DNA of 27,655 nt, taken from NCBI GenBank assembly GCA_037133055.1, contig JBAXOY010000031.1, positions 1 to 27,655 of the forward strand, given 5' to 3'. Shown here piece by piece: positions 24,827 to 27,655 of this stretch (positions are counted from its first letter, which is position 1; each line of letters starts with the position of its first letter). Source of the stretch: Chlamydiota bacterium (GTDB lineage Bacteria; Auribacterota; Tritonobacteria; UBA1439). The translations under genes and the position numbers were made by a program. The notes under the pieces were generated by a model that was not told the origin of the DNA, made no database searches, and worked only from the letters and a program-made list of their open reading frames with translations.

Positions 24827-26589
24827 CACGGCAGATGCGGACGCACCGGTGCGGTGCGCTCACCGCGGGGAACGTGGAGGAGCGGGTGTCTCTCTGCGGC
24901 TGGGTCCACCGGAGGAGGGACCACGGCGGCCTGATCTTCGTGGACCTTCGGGACCGGAGCGGCCTCGCCCAGGTCGTCTTCAACCCTGAGACTGCGGCCG
25001 AGGTGCATGCCTGCGCGGAAACCCTGCGGGGCGAGTATGTCATCGCCGTGTCCGGCGCGGTGCGCCGGCGCCCGCCGGGGACCGAAAACCCGAAGCTCCC
25101 GACCGGCGAGGTGGAGGTGCTCGCGGAGCGACTTGACGTGCTCTCGCGGGCCGAGACGCCGCCCTTCTCCATCGAGGACGAGGGCGAGGTGAGCGAGGAG
25201 CTGCGGTTCAAATACCGCTACCTCGACCTCAGGAGGCCGGGTCTCCAGCGCGCGCTCGAGACGCGGCACCGCGTGGCGCTCGAGACCAGGAACTACCTCG
25301 ACGCGCAGGGCTTTCTCGAGATCGAGACGCCGATACTCACGAAGAGCACCCCCGAAGGGGCGCGGGACTACCTCGTCCCGAGCCGGACGCAGCCGGGCTC
25401 GTTCTTCGCCCTGCCGCAGTCGCCGCAGCTTCTGAAGCAGCTCCTCATGGTGGGAGGCATGGAGCGCTATTTTCAGATATGCAAGTGCTTCCGGGACGAG
25501 GACCTGAGGGCCGATCGCCAGCCCGAGTTCACGCAGATAGACATGGAGATGAGCTTCGCGGGCGAGGAGGATATCTTCGCCGTCGTGGAGGGGATGCTCG
25601 CGCGCGTCTTCGGGAAGGTCCTCGGGATCGAGCTGCCGATCCCGTTCCCGCGGCTCACGCACGCGGAGTCGCTCGATCGATTCGGCACCGACAAGCCGGA
25701 CCTCCGGTTCGGGCTCGAGCTCGCGGACGTCACGGAACTCATGCGGGGTTCGACGTTCCGCGGATTCGAGTCCGTGCTGGCGGAGGGCGGGTGCGTGAAG
25801 GGGATCGCGGTCCCCGGCTGCGCGTCCTATTCCCGGTCGCGCCTCGACGAGCTGACCCGCTTCGCGACGGCGCAGGGCGCCGGCGGCCTCGCCTGGTTCA
25901 AGGTCGGCGAGGACGCGGTGGAGTCCCCGATCGCGAAGTTCTTCGGGGCCGAGAAACTCGCGCGGCTCAGGGCCGCCCTTGGCGCCGCCGCGGGCGATCT
26001 CGTCCTCCTCGTGGCCGCCCCGTCCGCCGTATCGCGCGCGGCGCTCTCCGCGATCAGGAACCGCCTCGGCCGCGAGCTCAACCTCGCCGCCGTCGGGGAT
26101 TTCAGGTTCGCGTGGATCGTGGACTTCCCCCTCTTTACCTGGAACGACGAGGAGAAGAGATTCGCCAGCGAGCACCACCCGTTCACCGCGCCGAAACCCG
26201 AGGACATGGCGCTCCTCCAGACCGACCCGCTCCGCGTCCGCTCCTCCTCCTATGACGTCGTGATGAACGGGTGCGAGATCGGGAGCGGAAGCGTGCGCAT
26301 CCACGACGAGGCGCTCCAGCACCGGATCTTCGGGCTTTTGAAACTGGGCGAGGAGGTCATCAGGGACCGCTTCGGCTTTTTCCTCGACGCGCTGCGCTAT
26401 GGCGCCCCGCCCCACGCGGGGATCGCCCTCGGGCTCGACCGCCTGGTGATGCTCATGACGGGGCGGGAGACCATCAGGGACGTCATCAGTTTCCCCAAGA
26501 CGCAGAAGGCCTCATGCCCGATGACCGGCTCGCCGTCTCCGGTGAGCCCCGCGCAGTTGAAGGAGCTCCAGATCCGCGTCGGGGGCTGA
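24823..26589 (+). CDS. aspS: Aspartate--tRNA ligase, probably non-discriminating Asp/Asn type
   Basis: RRRDHGGLIFVDLRD, YRYLDLRR, STPEGARDY, LPQSPQL, FRDEDLRADRQPEFTQID, GAPPHAG. ATGA overlap with hisS. Confidence 0.97.
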   Translation: MTRQMRTHRCGALTAGNVEERVSLCGWVHRRRDHGGLIFVDLRDRSGLAQVVFNPETAAEVHACAETLRGEYVIAVSGAVRRRPPGTENPKLPTGEVEVLAERLDVLSRAETPPFSIEDEGEVSEELRFKYRYLDLRRPGLQRALETRHRVALETRNYLDAQGFLEIETPILTKSTPEGARDYLVPSRTQPGSFFALPQSPQLLKQLLMVGGMERYFQICKCFRDEDLRADRQPEFTQIDMEMSFAGEEDIFAVVEGMLARVFGKVLGIELPIPFPRLTHAESLDRFGTDKPDLRFGLELADVTELMRGSTFRGFESVLAEGGCVKGIAVPGCASYSRSRLDELTRFATAQGAGGLAWFKVGEDAVESPIAKFFGAEKLARLRAALGAAAGDLVLLVAAPSAVSRAALSAIRNRLGRELNLAAVGDFRFAWIVDFPLFTWNDEEKRFASEHHPFTAPKPEDMALLQTDPLRVRSSSYDVVMNGCEIGSGSVRIHDEALQHRIFGLLKLGEEVIRDRFGFFLDALRYGAPPHAGIALGLDRLVMLMTGRETIRDVISFPKTQKASCPMTGSPSPVSPAQLKELQIRVGG

Positions 26590-26614
26590 GGCGCGCCCCG
26601 GGGTGCGACACCCG

Positions 26615-27595
26615 ATGTCAGAGATACGCCTTGATTTCGACACACCGCAGCAGGCCGCTGCGGCCTTCGGCGGCCGCGAAGAGAACCTGCGGGTCATCGA
26701 GAAGGCCTTCGGCGTGACCATCGTCACCCGCGGCGATTTCCTCAAGATCGCGGGGGACGACCGGGGGGTCGAGAAGGCCAGGGCCCTCTTCGGGGAGCTC
26801 GCCGCGGCTGCGCGCGAGGGCAGGGTGATCCGGCGCCACGAGCTGGACTACGCGATCCGCGCCGTCACACGCCACCGGGAGAAGGAGATGCAGGCGTTTC
26901 TCTCCGACAGGATACGGGTTTCGTCGAAGAAGATGTTCGTGACCCCGAAGACTGAGGGGCAGAAGGCCTACGTCGACGCGATCCGGCAGTATGACATCGT
27001 GTTCAGCATAGGGCCCGCGGGCACGGGGAAGACCTATCTCGCCATGGCGATGGCGGTGGAGGCGCTCATCGAGGAACGGGCGGGGCGGATCATCCTGACG
27101 CGCCCCGCGGTCGAGGCGGGGGAGTCGCTCGGTTTTCTCCCGGGCGACCTCTACGAGAAGATCACGCCCTACCTGCGGCCGCTCTACGACGCGCTCTACG
27201 ACATGATGGATCCGGCGCAGGTTTCGCGGCACATGGAGCGCGGGGTCATCGAGGTCGCTCCGCTCGCGTACATGCGGGGGCGGACACTGAACGATTCGTT
27301 CATCATCCTGGACGAGGCGCAGAACAGCACGGCGGAGCAGATGAAGATGTTCCTCACGAGGCTCGGCTCCGACTCGAGGGCCGTGATCACGGGGGACATC
27401 ACCCAGGTTGACCTCCCCGGCAATCGGGAATCCGGACTCGTGCAGGTGCAGTCCGTGCTCGGCGCGGTCAGGGGGATCCGGTTCTCGTACCTCACCGAGC
27501 GGGATGTGGTGCGGCACGAGCTGGTGCAGGAGATCATCAAGGCGTACGAGCGCGCGGGAAAAGGGACGGGGCGAGGCGGGCGGGCGAAGGCGTGA
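26615..27595 (+). CDS. phoH: PhoH-family ATPase (YbeZ/PhoL type, N-terminal KH-like domain)
   Basis: GPAGTGKT, TRPAVEAGESLGFLPG, LAYMRGRTL, DEAQN, GDITQVDL, DVVRH. Confidence 0.95.
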   Translation: MSEIRLDFDTPQQAAAAFGGREENLRVIEKAFGVTIVTRGDFLKIAGDDRGVEKARALFGELAAAAREGRVIRRHELDYAIRAVTRHREKEMQAFLSDRIRVSSKKMFVTPKTEGQKAYVDAIRQYDIVFSIGPAGTGKTYLAMAMAVEALIEERAGRIILTRPAVEAGESLGFLPGDLYEKITPYLRPLYDALYDMMDPAQVSRHMERGVIEVAPLAYMRGRTLNDSFIILDEAQNSTAEQMKMFLTRLGSDSRAVITGDITQVDLPGNRESGLVQVQSVLGAVRGIRFSYLTERDVVRHELVQEIIKAYERAGKGTGRGGRAKA

Positions 27596-27655
27596 ATCTC
27601 TGGACGCGGTACCGGTTGAAAAGGCAGGGGTTGGCGGGCGGGAAGCTCCGCAAAA
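27592..27655 (+). CDS. N-terminal fragment of the next gene (possibly the membrane HD/HDIG protein that often follows phoH)
   Basis: GTGA overlap with the phoH stop. Open frame MNLWTRYRLKRQGLAGGKLRK to the window end. Identity inferred only from typical gene order. Confidence 0.5.
   Translation, partial: MNLWTRYRLKRQGLAGGKLRK

Noticed and set aside
24376..26415. Long antisense ORFs (also 2890-4062, 8410-9990, 10069-11616, 16270-17868, 4492-5547)
   Set aside because: These are shadow ORFs opposite well-supported genes, expected in high-GC DNA, with no recognisable motifs.

Overview
High-GC bacterial chromosomal window with about 27 genes, nearly all on the + strand. (1) 1-4224: the 3' part of an arsenic-resistance-type operon (ArsP/DUF318 permease, exported thioredoxin, CcdA, Acr3). 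It carries a stand-alone soluble homologue of the methanogen corrinoid protein MtrA, which retains the cobalt-ligand His. (2) 5609-12453: four tandem secreted proteases (three papain/C1-family, one thermolysin/M4). All end in a related ~110-120 aa C-terminal domain that appears to be shuffled between them. (3) 14131-15610: rpiB-deoC, both with N-terminal amphipathic helices resembling microcompartment encapsulation peptides (signature enzymes of sugar-phosphate-utilisation BMCs). No shell genes lie in the window. (4) 15621-22330: cyclophilin, a small unannotated membrane peptide, a secreted ComEC-like MBL hydrolase-TPR protein, an amidase, NagZ and DUF72. (5) 22556-27655: housekeeping genes (HU/IHF, hisS, probably non-discriminating aspS, phoH, start of a further gene). 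Several intergenic spacers hold short-period (7-10 nt) repeats and palindromes. No rRNA, tRNA, CRISPR array or transposase was seen. All calls come from reading the sequence by eye; no searches were run.
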